This document shows, piece after piece, positions 55,876-64,000 of a stretch of 64,000 nucleotides of DNA (position 1 is the first letter of the stretch; each line of letters begins with the position of its first letter). The stretch is from a bacterium (GTDB lineage Bacteria > Patescibacteriota > Minisyncoccia > Phycocordibacterales > UBA5272). The DNA is taken from the NCBI GenBank assembly GCA_023267535.1, contig JAHFNC010000004.1, positions 3,757 to 67,756 of the forward strand, read 5' to 3'. Under the pieces are notes generated by a model, which had not been told where the DNA came from, made no database searches, and saw nothing but the letters and a program-made list of their open reading frames with translations. The translations under genes and the position numbers were made by a program.

Positions 55876-58037
55876 TTTTGAATTACTAATGGAGACTCTA
55901 TTAATTTTGACTCAATAATATTGTGCTCATACATTTCTCGGCAATCAAATTCAGCTCGTTTACCTTCATTCCATTGACTCACTGGACGAATATAACCCAC
56001 TATTCTTGAATAAACTTCGCATTCATTATTGCAAGTTGGACATAAATGTTTTTCACCATTTATATACCCATGAGAAGGACAGACGCTGAAAGTTGGGGTT
56101 AGCGTAAAGTATGGCAATTTAAAATTCTCACAAATCTTTTTGACAAGCACAGGAACAGATGATGGGTCAGCAACTCTTTCTCCTAAGAAAAGATGCATAA
56201 CTGTTCCACCGGTGTATTTTGTTTGCAAACCATCTTGAATTTCTAAAGTTTCAAAAATATCTTTTGAAAAATTAACTGGTAAATGAGAAGAATTAGTGTA
56301 ATAAGGATTGGCTTTTTTATTATTATAATCGTCTTCATTAGCAACAAGTATGTCAGGGAAAGCTTTTTTGTCATTTAATGCAAAACGATAGGCAGTCCCC
56401 TCTCCTGGTGTTGCTTCTAGATTAAATAAATTATCTGTCTCTTTTTGATATTGCACTAATCTTTCACGCATAAAATCCAATACGTCTGAAGCAAAAGCTC
56501 TCCCTTTTACAGTACCAATATTTTCTCCAAGTAAATTAAGAGAAGCTTCGTTGGTTCCAATCAAGCCAATGGTAGAGAAATGATTTTTCCAATATTCACC
56601 ATAGGACTCTTTTATTTTTCTTAAATAGAATTTTGTATATGGATATAGATTGGCGTTAGTTAATCTTTCTAACATTTTTCTTTTAATCTCCAAGCTTTCT
56701 TTGGCAATATCCATTTGCAAAGCCAGCGAGTCGTAAAATTCTTTTTTAGCTTTTCTTATGTCTTTCGGAAATTTCTTGCTAGCTTTGTAAGCAAGACGTG
56801 GAAGATTTATGGTTACCACACCAACTGAGCCAGTTAAAGCGTTTGCACCAAACAATCCTCCTCCACGCCTATCTAATTCAGCGACGTCTAATCTCAAACG
56901 ACAACACATTGATCTTGTGTCTTCCGGCTTCATATCTGAACTAACAAAATTACTAAAATACGGAATACCATATTTAGCAGTTATTTCCCAAAGACCTTTT
57001 AGGTTAGGATTATTCCATTCAAAATCTTTGGTGACATTCACTGTTGGAATTGGAAAAGTAAAGACTCTACCTGAGGCGTCCCCTTCATACATAACTTCAA
57101 AGAGAGCTTTGTTAAACATGTTCATCTCTCTTTGAAATTCTTTGTATGTTTCAACTTGAGGTTTACCGCCGATAATTACCTTTGTGTCTTTAAAATTTGC
57201 CGAGGGTGTTAAATCAAGAGTGATGTTTGAAAATGGAGTTTGAAATCCAACTCTGGTTGGTACATTCATATTAAAGATGAATTCTTGAAGCCCTTGCTTA
57301 ACCTCATCAAAGGTAAGTCCATCATAACGAATAAACGGTGCAAGAAGTGTATCAAAATTAGAAAAAGCAATGGCGCCAGCTGCCTCACCTTGAAGCGTGT
57401 ACATAAAGTTGACTGCTTGCCCCAAAGCGGTGCGAAAATGCTTAGGAGGGGCAGATTCTACCTTACCAACTACCCCCTTGAACCCTTCAGTAAGTAAATC
57501 CATTAAATCCCAACCAACACAGTAAACAGAAATAAGACCTAAATCGTGAATATGTATATCTGTTTTCTCATAGGCATCTCTTATTTCCTTGGGATATATC
57601 TTATTTAACCAGTAAGTCTTACTAATTTCACCAAAAACATAGTTATTTAACCCTTGCAAGGAATATTCCATGTTACTGTTTTCTTTCACTTGCCAATCAC
57701 TTCTATCCAAATAATTATCAACCATGCCAAGTGACATAGAAGTAGCAAAAGCGCGAAGTTCAGCATGTTGCTTTCTGTATAGAATATAGGCTTTAGCTGT
57801 TTCTTTGTATTGAGAACGCATCAAAACTAACTCCACCACATCTTGAATATCTTCAACAGTTGGCTCGTTTCCGACTATATTTTTGTCCACTATAGAAATA
57901 ACCTTTTTTGATAGTATTTCTGCCTCCTTCGCATCAAATTCTCCAGTAGCTTTACCTGCTTTGACTATTGCTATGGTAATTTTTTTATAGTCAAAGGCTA
58001 CTTTGGCACCATTTCTTTTGATAATGAATTTTGGCAT
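55872..58037 (-). CDS. nrdD: Anaerobic (class III) ribonucleoside-triphosphate reductase
   Basis: 721 aa; N-terminal ATP-cone; C-terminal glycyl-radical region RIVGYIRPVSQWNEGKRAEF and Cys-rich zinc site CPTCNNEC. Confidence 0.9.
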   Translation of the reverse strand: MPKFIIKRNGAKVAFDYKKITIAIVKAGKATGEFDAKEAEILSKKVISIVDKNIVGNEPTVEDIQDVVELVLMRSQYKETAKAYILYRKQHAELRAFATSMSLGMVDNYLDRSDWQVKENSNMEYSLQGLNNYVFGEISKTYWLNKIYPKEIRDAYEKTDIHIHDLGLISVYCVGWDLMDLLTEGFKGVVGKVESAPPKHFRTALGQAVNFMYTLQGEAAGAIAFSNFDTLLAPFIRYDGLTFDEVKQGLQEFIFNMNVPTRVGFQTPFSNITLDLTPSANFKDTKVIIGGKPQVETYKEFQREMNMFNKALFEVMYEGDASGRVFTFPIPTVNVTKDFEWNNPNLKGLWEITAKYGIPYFSNFVSSDMKPEDTRSMCCRLRLDVAELDRRGGGLFGANALTGSVGVVTINLPRLAYKASKKFPKDIRKAKKEFYDSLALQMDIAKESLEIKRKMLERLTNANLYPYTKFYLRKIKESYGEYWKNHFSTIGLIGTNEASLNLLGENIGTVKGRAFASDVLDFMRERLVQYQKETDNLFNLEATPGEGTAYRFALNDKKAFPDILVANEDDYNNKKANPYYTNSSHLPVNFSKDIFETLEIQDGLQTKYTGGTVMHLFLGERVADPSSVPVLVKKICENFKLPYFTLTPTFSVCPSHGYINGEKHLCPTCNNECEVYSRIVGYIRPVSQWNEGKRAEFDCREMYEHNIIESKLIESPLVIQK

Positions 58038-58089
58038 ATTTTTGTGGTTTTTTGTTAATTTTGGTGGTTAATATTTTCATCTTAAGCCC

Positions 58090-58182
58090 TGTTGATAAGA
58101 TGCGCAATAGAACAACTGTGGATATAAAAAGTCCTTATTTTACAAGGTTTTTTTGGAAAATAAAATATTTTAGTTATCCACA
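58090..58182. promoter_or_regulatory. DnaA-box cluster upstream of nrdDG
   Basis: TGTTGATAA (58090-58098, rc TTATCAACA), TGTGGATAT (58117-58125, rc ATATCCACA), TTATCCACA (58174-58182); followed by an AT-rich stretch of about 150 bp. Confidence 0.45.
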
Positions 58183-58385
58183 GTTCCGTTTTTAAAATGA
58201 TTGTGTTTTAGCAAAAATTGTAAATCTCTTTTTCCATATTTTTGATTGAATTTTTATAAAAAAATAATTTAATTTTTAAAATTATAAATTTATATATGCA
58301 AATGATTCGCATTTGTATCGACACTAGACTTTATTTCAAAAAAAAGTTAGATTAATTAAAGTTTAGTTCTTATGAGGTCATTCCA

Positions 58386-58880
58386 ATGACACAACTGATT
58401 ACAAAAATAAACATTGCTCATCTAGCGTCGCTTGCAAAAATTCCCAAAAAAGAATTACCAATTTCTTCACTCAAGAATAAATCAGCTCCCCTTCCATTTG
58501 ACGCAGAAAAAAGAGAGTCTGTCATCCGTGCACTTTTTCGTGTAAGAAATTTTTGCACTGAAGAGTTAGGAAGAGGAACTTTAATCTTTAATGAAAAAAT
58601 GTTGAACATCGGACTGCAATTCGCAAATTTATCACTTCATCATCTCAAACAAAACCAAAATGAGGATGATATTCTTCTTGAAAATTTTTTGGATGAATAT
58701 AAATACATACTTAAGAACTTGCGAATGATTGATGTGGAAAAAGTAAGTGACGCTATCCCCTTCTGGAAAACAGGTGCGAGCCGCGCAGAATTTAGGCGCA
58801 GCGCAAATGTTTCTGTTGGCGGTAAAGCACATCCGACTTTTCTTCTTTTTCTTTTACCACGCACATTACAAGAGCTGTAA
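58386..58880 (+). CDS. hypothetical protein
   Basis: 164 aa ORF. Confidence 0.4.
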   Translation: MTQLITKINIAHLASLAKIPKKELPISSLKNKSAPLPFDAEKRESVIRALFRVRNFCTEELGRGTLIFNEKMLNIGLQFANLSLHHLKQNQNEDDILLENFLDEYKYILKNLRMIDVEKVSDAIPFWKTGASRAEFRRSANVSVGGKAHPTFLLFLLPRTLQEL

Positions 58881-58883
58881 AAC

Positions 58884-58912
58884 TAAACGCGACAACAAGT
58901 CGCGTTTTATTT
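58884..58912. terminator. Bidirectional rho-independent terminator
   Basis: aaacgcgac-aaca-agtcgcgttt hairpin followed by TATTTTTTAT. Confidence 0.7.
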
Positions 58913-58913
58913 T

Positions 58914-61900
58914 TTATATAATCTCATTAATCAAATCATCTTCAAAAGCAATTATCCCCTTATAACTCTTATCATAATTAGAAACATCTGGAAAATCTAA
59001 GTTTACTATTTTTTTGTATACGGCTTCTATTAATTTCTTTACTCTCTCTATTTCTGCTTCATTTATATCTAATGGTAATTCAATTATTTTTCCTTCATCA
59101 TTTTCTTCTACAAATTGTAGACTTAAATTTTTTACTGAAAACTTGTTGTAAGAAGAGCTGTTTTCTAAAAGAAGTTTATATATAATTAATTGTTGTCGAT
59201 ATTTATGTAATTTTATTTTTGTGTCATCATCTTTTCCTTCCCAAGAGGAAAAAGATTTTCCTGTTTTAAAATCTATAACTTCATAGAAATTATTAACTAC
59301 TCGTAAAAAATCTATCTTACCCGTCAAATGAGCACTGTTAATAATTACTCCTTCACTCTTCATATCAACTTCTATTTTGTCATCGTCTTTAAAAGATTTA
59401 ATTTTTTCATCATAATATTTTTTAAGAACAATTTCTCCCCTATCTTTCATAAACTTATAATCAGAAATATTTAATCTGGAACGCGATAATATAAAATCAA
59501 ATTTAGATAAAATGTGTGAGAGTTTTGGTTTCTCACCAGCGTTGTATTTTGGGTACACAATCATTTCTTCTATCGCTTTGTGTATTGCTGAGCCATAAGC
59601 ACCTGAGGCGTTCATCGGCTGTGGAAAATGAAGTAAATTTTGTTCAACAAAAAATATTGGTCCACCATTTTTAATATCTAAAAAATTATTCAAATGCGTT
59701 ACTGGCATTTTATAGTTCTCTACAAGTTTGGATAACATTGCCCATTCGTCTTCTTTTATTTTATTTACTCCTATTCCTAAAATACTTTCGTGGTCTTCTT
59801 CGCTTATTTCTAAAGACTTAGCATCAACCTCTTTAATTAAATCTTGCGGTAAGTAACGCAACATCTCTTCATGACCACTTATGTGTAGTGTATGTTTAGC
59901 ACGAGTAATAGCCACGAAAAACAATCTAATAAAATCATCTTCTTCGTCTCCAGCTGGATTTATTAATTGAGAAAGAGCTGATGGAATCGGTGCTTTGTTG
60001 ACCATGTTTCCCCTTGTCCAAGGTTTATCATGAGCATTTATAATAAACACTTCTTCAAACTCAAGACCCTTAGCAGCATGAGCGGTCATTAATTGTATTG
60101 AAAATTTATTTCTAGTAAATAATGATTCACTGATAAGAGGAATGTTATTATCTTTATGCATCTTAACAAATTGCGTCACATCGGAAGCTGTAATTGTCTC
60201 TCCTTTCTTCCACTCACGCAGAGCGTCAATAAAAGTCTTAAGTGAAGCCAAAAAATAAACATAAGTAGCTGGAGTGTTTTTTAATTTTTCTTTTGAGAAA
60301 TAAAATTCCTTGAAATTACTTTTCTCTATAAACTTTTCAATCAAATTTTCAAGTGGCAAACTTTTAGCCTCCACAGATAAATCAGTAAGAAGTTCATAAA
60401 TTTTGTGTAATTTTTCATCCTCTGATATTTTGAGAGCTTCTATCCAAGATATATTTTTTGTCTTAGCGTTTACAGCAACATTAAAAATTTCTTTATGACT
60501 TAAATTTAAAAATTTATAAGATAAAATCTCTGGTAACAGATAATCTTTATTATTTTCGTAATTTAAAACCGAAGACACATATTCACAAACAATAATGAGT
60601 TGTCTTATATGTTCTTCATCAAAAACATTCGCCTTCTTAATGTATTCATAAGGAATAGACAATTTATCAAGATACGGAAGTATAGCTTGTAAATCTTTAT
60701 GATTACGAGAAAGAATGGCTATTTCTTTTGGATCTACTCCATCATCCAATACTTTTTTTATTTTTCTAGAAACATCAGAATATTCTTCTACCTTAGAATT
60801 ATATTTAATGATTTCTATTTTCCCGTTTGGTAGATTTTTATTTTCTGATTTTAGTTCTTTAACAATATCCTCAAATCTATTTTCCAATCTAATTTTCCCT
60901 TTGGTGATTATTTGTCTGGCAAAAGAAACAACATCTTTAGTAGAGCGATAATTTTTATCAAGCACTATTGTCTGAACATCTTTATAAGTCTTTTCTCTAA
61001 ATTCCATAATATGAGACACTTCGGCTCCTTGGAATTTATAAATTGCTTGATCGTCATCTCCCACAACACAAACATTGGGATGCCCCTCATGAATCGGGCT
61101 TGAAGTGATGGCTTTAACTAAACTCATCTGAGCAAGATTAGTATCTTGAAATTCATCAATCATAATATATTGGTATTGTTCTTCAAGTTCGTTTCTTAAA
61201 ACATTTTTATTACGCAATATATGAGCCACTTCAATAATGGTGTCATCGTAATCATAAAGACCCAGCTCATGCATTTTGTTTTCATACAATTCGTAAATTT
61301 CAGCTACTGCTAAAATTTTATCGTAATTGTAACTCTCTTTTAAAATTGGAGTACTTTCATCAACCGCTAAATATTTCTTCTTGAAATCCGCTATCGGCTC
61401 AGTCTTTCCAATTACAAAAGATTCTTCGACGGCATTTTTTAAGGCTAGAGAAATAAATTTACTGGTTGTGGTCTTTAATTTATCTAGTGAAGAAATAATG
61501 TTATTAAAAACTTCTAACTTCTTTACATTTAATCTTTCTACTGGCCATAAAGCAAAAACTTCATTTATATCTTTATAATCTTCTTTGATAGAAGTGACTA
61601 TCGTTTTATATTCTTCCGGAGTGTATCCACCGGATTTTATGTGTTTTATTCTGTCTGTCACATCTTTTAAATAAGCAAACCCAAGTTCTGGATGTTTAGC
61701 ACTTAGCGGATGTTTATGTAGAAGGGACTTAAAAATTTCTGTAATTATTTCGGCACGAGTAATATCATTTGCTTGAGAAAAATTTGTAGCGTTGTAAAAA
61801 TATTCTGGGTATCGTCCAATAACGTAATTACAAAAAGCGTGGAAGGTAAAAATATTAACCCTAAAGGCATCTTCCTTTATCAAAGAAGATAATCTTTCTC

Positions 61901-62168
61901 GCATATTAATAGCTCCGTTTTCTGTAAAGGTTAAGCACAAAATGTTTGATGGTGTAGCCAAGCCTAATTTCAAGATGTTAGCGACACGAAGTGATAAAAG
62001 CTCTGTCTTTCCACTCCCCGGCCCAGCGATTACCATTACAGGACCATCAGTTGTATCTACAGCAAGCTTCTGCTCTTTATTTAATTTCTGATAACGAGAT
62101 TCAAATTCTGCATTCTTTGATTTTGATTCATTATTTATTCTCATACTTAGAAAGTGCCTCCTTAGCAT
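58914..62168 (-). CDS. UvrD/PcrA-family helicase with C-terminal PD-(D/E)xK nuclease domain (AddA/RecB-like)
   Basis: 1084 aa; Walker A AGPGSGKTELL; UvrD motifs; C-terminal IDFLRVV...VIDFKTGK nuclease motif. Confidence 0.8.
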   Translation of the reverse strand: MLRRHFLSMRINNESKSKNAEFESRYQKLNKEQKLAVDTTDGPVMVIAGPGSGKTELLSLRVANILKLGLATPSNILCLTFTENGAINMRERLSSLIKEDAFRVNIFTFHAFCNYVIGRYPEYFYNATNFSQANDITRAEIITEIFKSLLHKHPLSAKHPELGFAYLKDVTDRIKHIKSGGYTPEEYKTIVTSIKEDYKDINEVFALWPVERLNVKKLEVFNNIISSLDKLKTTTSKFISLALKNAVEESFVIGKTEPIADFKKKYLAVDESTPILKESYNYDKILAVAEIYELYENKMHELGLYDYDDTIIEVAHILRNKNVLRNELEEQYQYIMIDEFQDTNLAQMSLVKAITSSPIHEGHPNVCVVGDDDQAIYKFQGAEVSHIMEFREKTYKDVQTIVLDKNYRSTKDVVSFARQIITKGKIRLENRFEDIVKELKSENKNLPNGKIEIIKYNSKVEEYSDVSRKIKKVLDDGVDPKEIAILSRNHKDLQAILPYLDKLSIPYEYIKKANVFDEEHIRQLIIVCEYVSSVLNYENNKDYLLPEILSYKFLNLSHKEIFNVAVNAKTKNISWIEALKISEDEKLHKIYELLTDLSVEAKSLPLENLIEKFIEKSNFKEFYFSKEKLKNTPATYVYFLASLKTFIDALREWKKGETITASDVTQFVKMHKDNNIPLISESLFTRNKFSIQLMTAHAAKGLEFEEVFIINAHDKPWTRGNMVNKAPIPSALSQLINPAGDEEDDFIRLFFVAITRAKHTLHISGHEEMLRYLPQDLIKEVDAKSLEISEEDHESILGIGVNKIKEDEWAMLSKLVENYKMPVTHLNNFLDIKNGGPIFFVEQNLLHFPQPMNASGAYGSAIHKAIEEMIVYPKYNAGEKPKLSHILSKFDFILSRSRLNISDYKFMKDRGEIVLKKYYDEKIKSFKDDDKIEVDMKSEGVIINSAHLTGKIDFLRVVNNFYEVIDFKTGKSFSSWEGKDDDTKIKLHKYRQQLIIYKLLLENSSSYNKFSVKNLSLQFVEENDEGKIIELPLDINEAEIERVKKLIEAVYKKIVNLDFPDVSNYDKSYKGIIAFEDDLINEII

Positions 62169-62739
62169 CCGTCAAAGCTTTTGAATATTTCAAAACAAGA
62201 GAGTGGTCGTTACCTAATCTTTCCTTAAACAAAGATAAAAGTTCTTCATAAAACCAAGAAACCTTATCTAAATTGCCAACCGCTCTTTTAAAAACATTGT
62301 GATTATTTTCTTCTAAATCATAAATTAAACTACCGAGGTTATGAGTTTTATCAGCTACACTTATAAGAATACTTTTATCATTAGCGTTACGAAGAGTTTC
62401 TAGATATGCTTTCTTTCTATCCATCCAAGGCATTTGCATATCATCTGGTAAATTGGCATCTAGTGGCTCAGTCACTCCTTTTACAAGTAGGGCTACAGTT
62501 TCTCCGCAATCTTTTTTTAAATCTTCATAAGAATAATCTGGCACATCTTCCAATGCGTCATGCATAATCCCAGCGATTAAAATATCTTCATCATCTGTTA
62601 TTTCACTCAATAAAATCATGGTCGAAACTAAGTGGGAGATATACGGTGTTCTGACAAAGTCTTTACGTATTTGGTTTTGATGTAGTCTGGATGATAAATT
62701 TATTGCGTATTGTAAGCGAGTTGTAAGATTCATATTCAA
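62131..62739 (-). CDS. HD-domain small alarmone hydrolase (SpoT/Mesh1-like (p)ppGpp hydrolase)
   Basis: 202 aa; YISHLVSTMILL ... IAGIMHDALEDV pattern as in RelA/SpoT hydrolase domain; 38-nt overlap with downstream helicase-nuclease gene. Confidence 0.7.
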   Translation of the reverse strand: MNMNLTTRLQYAINLSSRLHQNQIRKDFVRTPYISHLVSTMILLSEITDDEDILIAGIMHDALEDVPDYSYEDLKKDCGETVALLVKGVTEPLDANLPDDMQMPWMDRKKAYLETLRNANDKSILISVADKTHNLGSLIYDLEENNHNVFKRAVGNLDKVSWFYEELLSLFKERLGNDHSLVLKYSKALTDAKEALSKYENK

Positions 62740-62765
62740 TGATTATAGCAAGAAATCAAAAGCGC

Positions 62766-62794
62766 GCCTAAGGCGCGCTTTTAGCTATTTTTCT
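62766..62794. terminator. Rho-independent terminator
   Basis: aaagcgcgcc-taa-ggcgcgcttt hairpin followed by TAG CTATTTTT. Confidence 0.7.
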
Positions 62795-62918
62795 ACAACC
62801 TTCTTTGGTTTCTTTTTTTCTTTTCTTTCTCTGTGATTTCCTTTTGCCATATTTTTTATTTGGTTATATTTTAAGTATAGCTAAATTAAAAAAGTAAAGA
62901 AGTGGACAACGTATAAAG

Positions 62919-63278
62919 TTAATTTTTGCCACATAATTTAGATAATCTTCTTCCGGACGTAATGGCTTCTTCTTCATTGTTAAAATAAATTCTATTTTCC
63001 TCTTTTATTCTGTCAGCAGCACTACACCAAGAAAATGTGTAGGTAGCTCCATTTTTGCTGGCAAAAATCTTTTGGTTTTCACTTAGGTTAGCGCTAATTT
63101 CTCCTATATTTTCTAGGTATTTTAAATCTTTTTTATGAATATTGTTTTCATAGTAAATAAATATAGAAAAACCAAAAAAAGTTATGGTAACTACGCTGAT
63201 TATTACCAAATCAAATAAATGTAGTCTACTGTTGATTTTTTTAAGATATTCTTGTATAATACTACTCATTAATTTCAT
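62919..63278 (-). CDS. hypothetical membrane-anchored protein
   Basis: 119 aa; one TM helix; two Cys in C-terminal domain. Confidence 0.4.
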   Translation of the reverse strand: MKLMSSIIQEYLKKINSRLHLFDLVIISVVTITFFGFSIFIYYENNIHKKDLKYLENIGEISANLSENQKIFASKNGATYTFSWCSAADRIKEENRIYFNNEEEAITSGRRLSKLCGKN

Positions 63279-63294
63279 TTAATTATTATAAACT

Positions 63295-63570
63295 ATGGCA
63301 ACAAGAAAAGCCGCTGGTTCGGCAAAAAACCTAAAAGATAGTAAGCCAAAATACCTAGGTACAAAGCTCTACGCTGGAGAAACTGCAATGGCTGGTAATA
63401 TTATCGTTCGTCAAAGAGGAACAAAAATAATGGCCGGCAAAAATGTTGGTGTTGGAAAAGATCACACTCTTTACGCACTAAAGACAGGTAAAATTAAATT
63501 CACTGAAAAAAGAAAAGTTGGATTTGATGGATCTTGGAAGAAAAAGAAAGTAGCAAACATTGAGCTATAA
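63295..63570 (+). CDS. rpmA: 50S ribosomal protein L27
   Basis: [36 protein letters not shown] matches L27. Confidence 0.9.
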   Translation: MATRKAAGSAKNLKDSKPKYLGTKLYAGETAMAGNIIVRQRGTKIMAGKNVGVGKDHTLYALKTGKIKFTEKRKVGFDGSWKKKKVANIEL

Positions 63571-63573
63571 AAT

Positions 63574-63606
63574 TAAAACTCACCATTATAATGGTGAGTT
63601 TTAATT
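63574..63606. terminator. Bidirectional rho-independent terminator
   Basis: aaaactcaccatt-ata-aatggtgagtttt hairpin. Confidence 0.7.
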
Positions 63607-63849
63607 TATGTCTTTTAATCCTCCTAAATTTTTTGCATTCACGTACCCTAAGCCCTTTAAAATTTTTGTAGCTACCCCTGCTCTTCCACCCGCCATACAA
63701 TAACAGCCAATATCTTCGTCTTTTTTAATTTTGGAAATTTCTCCCAAGTCTCCTTTTATAATTTGCTCTATTGGAATATTTATTGCTCCTTCTGCATGTT
63801 TACTTTTATATTCCTCTTTTGTTCTGACGTCAATTAAAATTTGGCTCAT
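63601..63849 (-). CDS. Single-domain rhodanese-like sulfurtransferase
   Basis: 82 aa; active-site loop CYCMAGGRA. Confidence 0.75.
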   Translation of the reverse strand: MSQILIDVRTKEEYKSKHAEGAINIPIEQIIKGDLGEISKIKKDEDIGCYCMAGGRAGVATKILKGLGYVNAKNLGGLKDIN

Positions 63850-63850
63850 A

Positions 63851-64000
63851 TTATTTTATATTTATGAACACTTCTCCGATCTTGTCACCTTGTTTTATTT
63901 TAACTTTATGAAGACCTAGATTCTTTATCTGTCCTCCTATAATTATTTGCTTTGGATCAACAGATAATTTTGTGGAATTAAAAATAGCGTCTACTATATC
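63851..64000 (-). CDS. 3' end of unidentified CDS continuing beyond window
   Basis: Open frame from window edge to TAA at 63851-63853 (…GDKIGEVFINIK*), 2 nt upstream of rhodanese gene. Confidence 0.3.
   Translation of the reverse strand, partial: DIVDAIFNSTKLSVDPKQIIIGGQIKNLGLHKVKIKQGDKIGEVFINIK

Noticed and set aside
58040-58385. Chromosomal replication origin (oriC)
   Set aside because: Only three DnaA-box-like 9-mers are present, no dnaA/dnaN genes are nearby, and GC skew cannot be computed by eye. Kept as a DnaA-box regulatory cluster finding with oriC as an alternative.
1-64000. CRISPR array / cas genes
   Set aside because: No series of regularly spaced identical direct repeats of 25-40 nt is visible anywhere. 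The only Cas-like protein (Cas4-like, 51911-52759) has no array or cas1/cas2 nearby.

Overview
This 64 kb window is AT-rich (roughly 30-45% GC) and reads like a compact Patescibacteria/CPR-type chromosome. The genes are small, often overlap, and frequently lack Shine-Dalgarno sequences. Positions 1-11.4 kb form an accessory defence island. It holds a complete type I restriction-modification operon (hsdM, hsdS, hsdR), with an uncharacterised gene encoding a PIN-like protein translationally coupled between hsdM and hsdS. Convergent with it is a minus-strand three-gene cluster: a small HEPN-motif protein, a PD-(D/E)xK nuclease-like protein, and a large Ski2-like SF2 helicase. That cluster fits a Hachiman-like architecture. 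The island ends at a minus-strand tRNA-Gln(UUG) gene at 11383..11456, a classic integration target. Beyond the tRNA lies a compositionally distinct higher-GC module: a putative RHH protein plus a protein with a ParB-like nuclease domain. The remaining roughly 50 kb is housekeeping. It includes rmuC, rplU, recR, an HNH endonuclease, lexA with a clear GAAC-N4-GTTC operator, a dinB remnant, a YgjP-like metallopeptidase, ychF, alaS, and an infA-rpmJ-rpsM-rpsK-rpsD-rpoA-rplQ-rplM-rpsI block. It continues with grpE-dnaK-(insert)-dnaJ, trpS, aspS, a GH18 hydrolase, scpAB, a dacA-like-mraY-ftsW-murG-gltX-M23 block and rlmB. A tightly coupled minus-strand operon nrdD-nrdG-iscS-iscU-FNR-like flavoprotein is followed by a Cas4-like Fe-S nuclease. 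After that come an AddA/UvrD-like helicase-nuclease coupled to a small alarmone-hydrolase HD protein, rpmA and a rhodanese. No rRNA genes or CRISPR arrays were seen. Non-coding observations include DnaA-box motifs (TTATCCACA) upstream of both lexA and nrdDG within a shared 21-nt element, a hairpin-dense intergenic element at about 50.3 kb, and many canonical rho-independent terminators. All functional calls rest on motif and architecture recognition by eye. None has been confirmed by database search.
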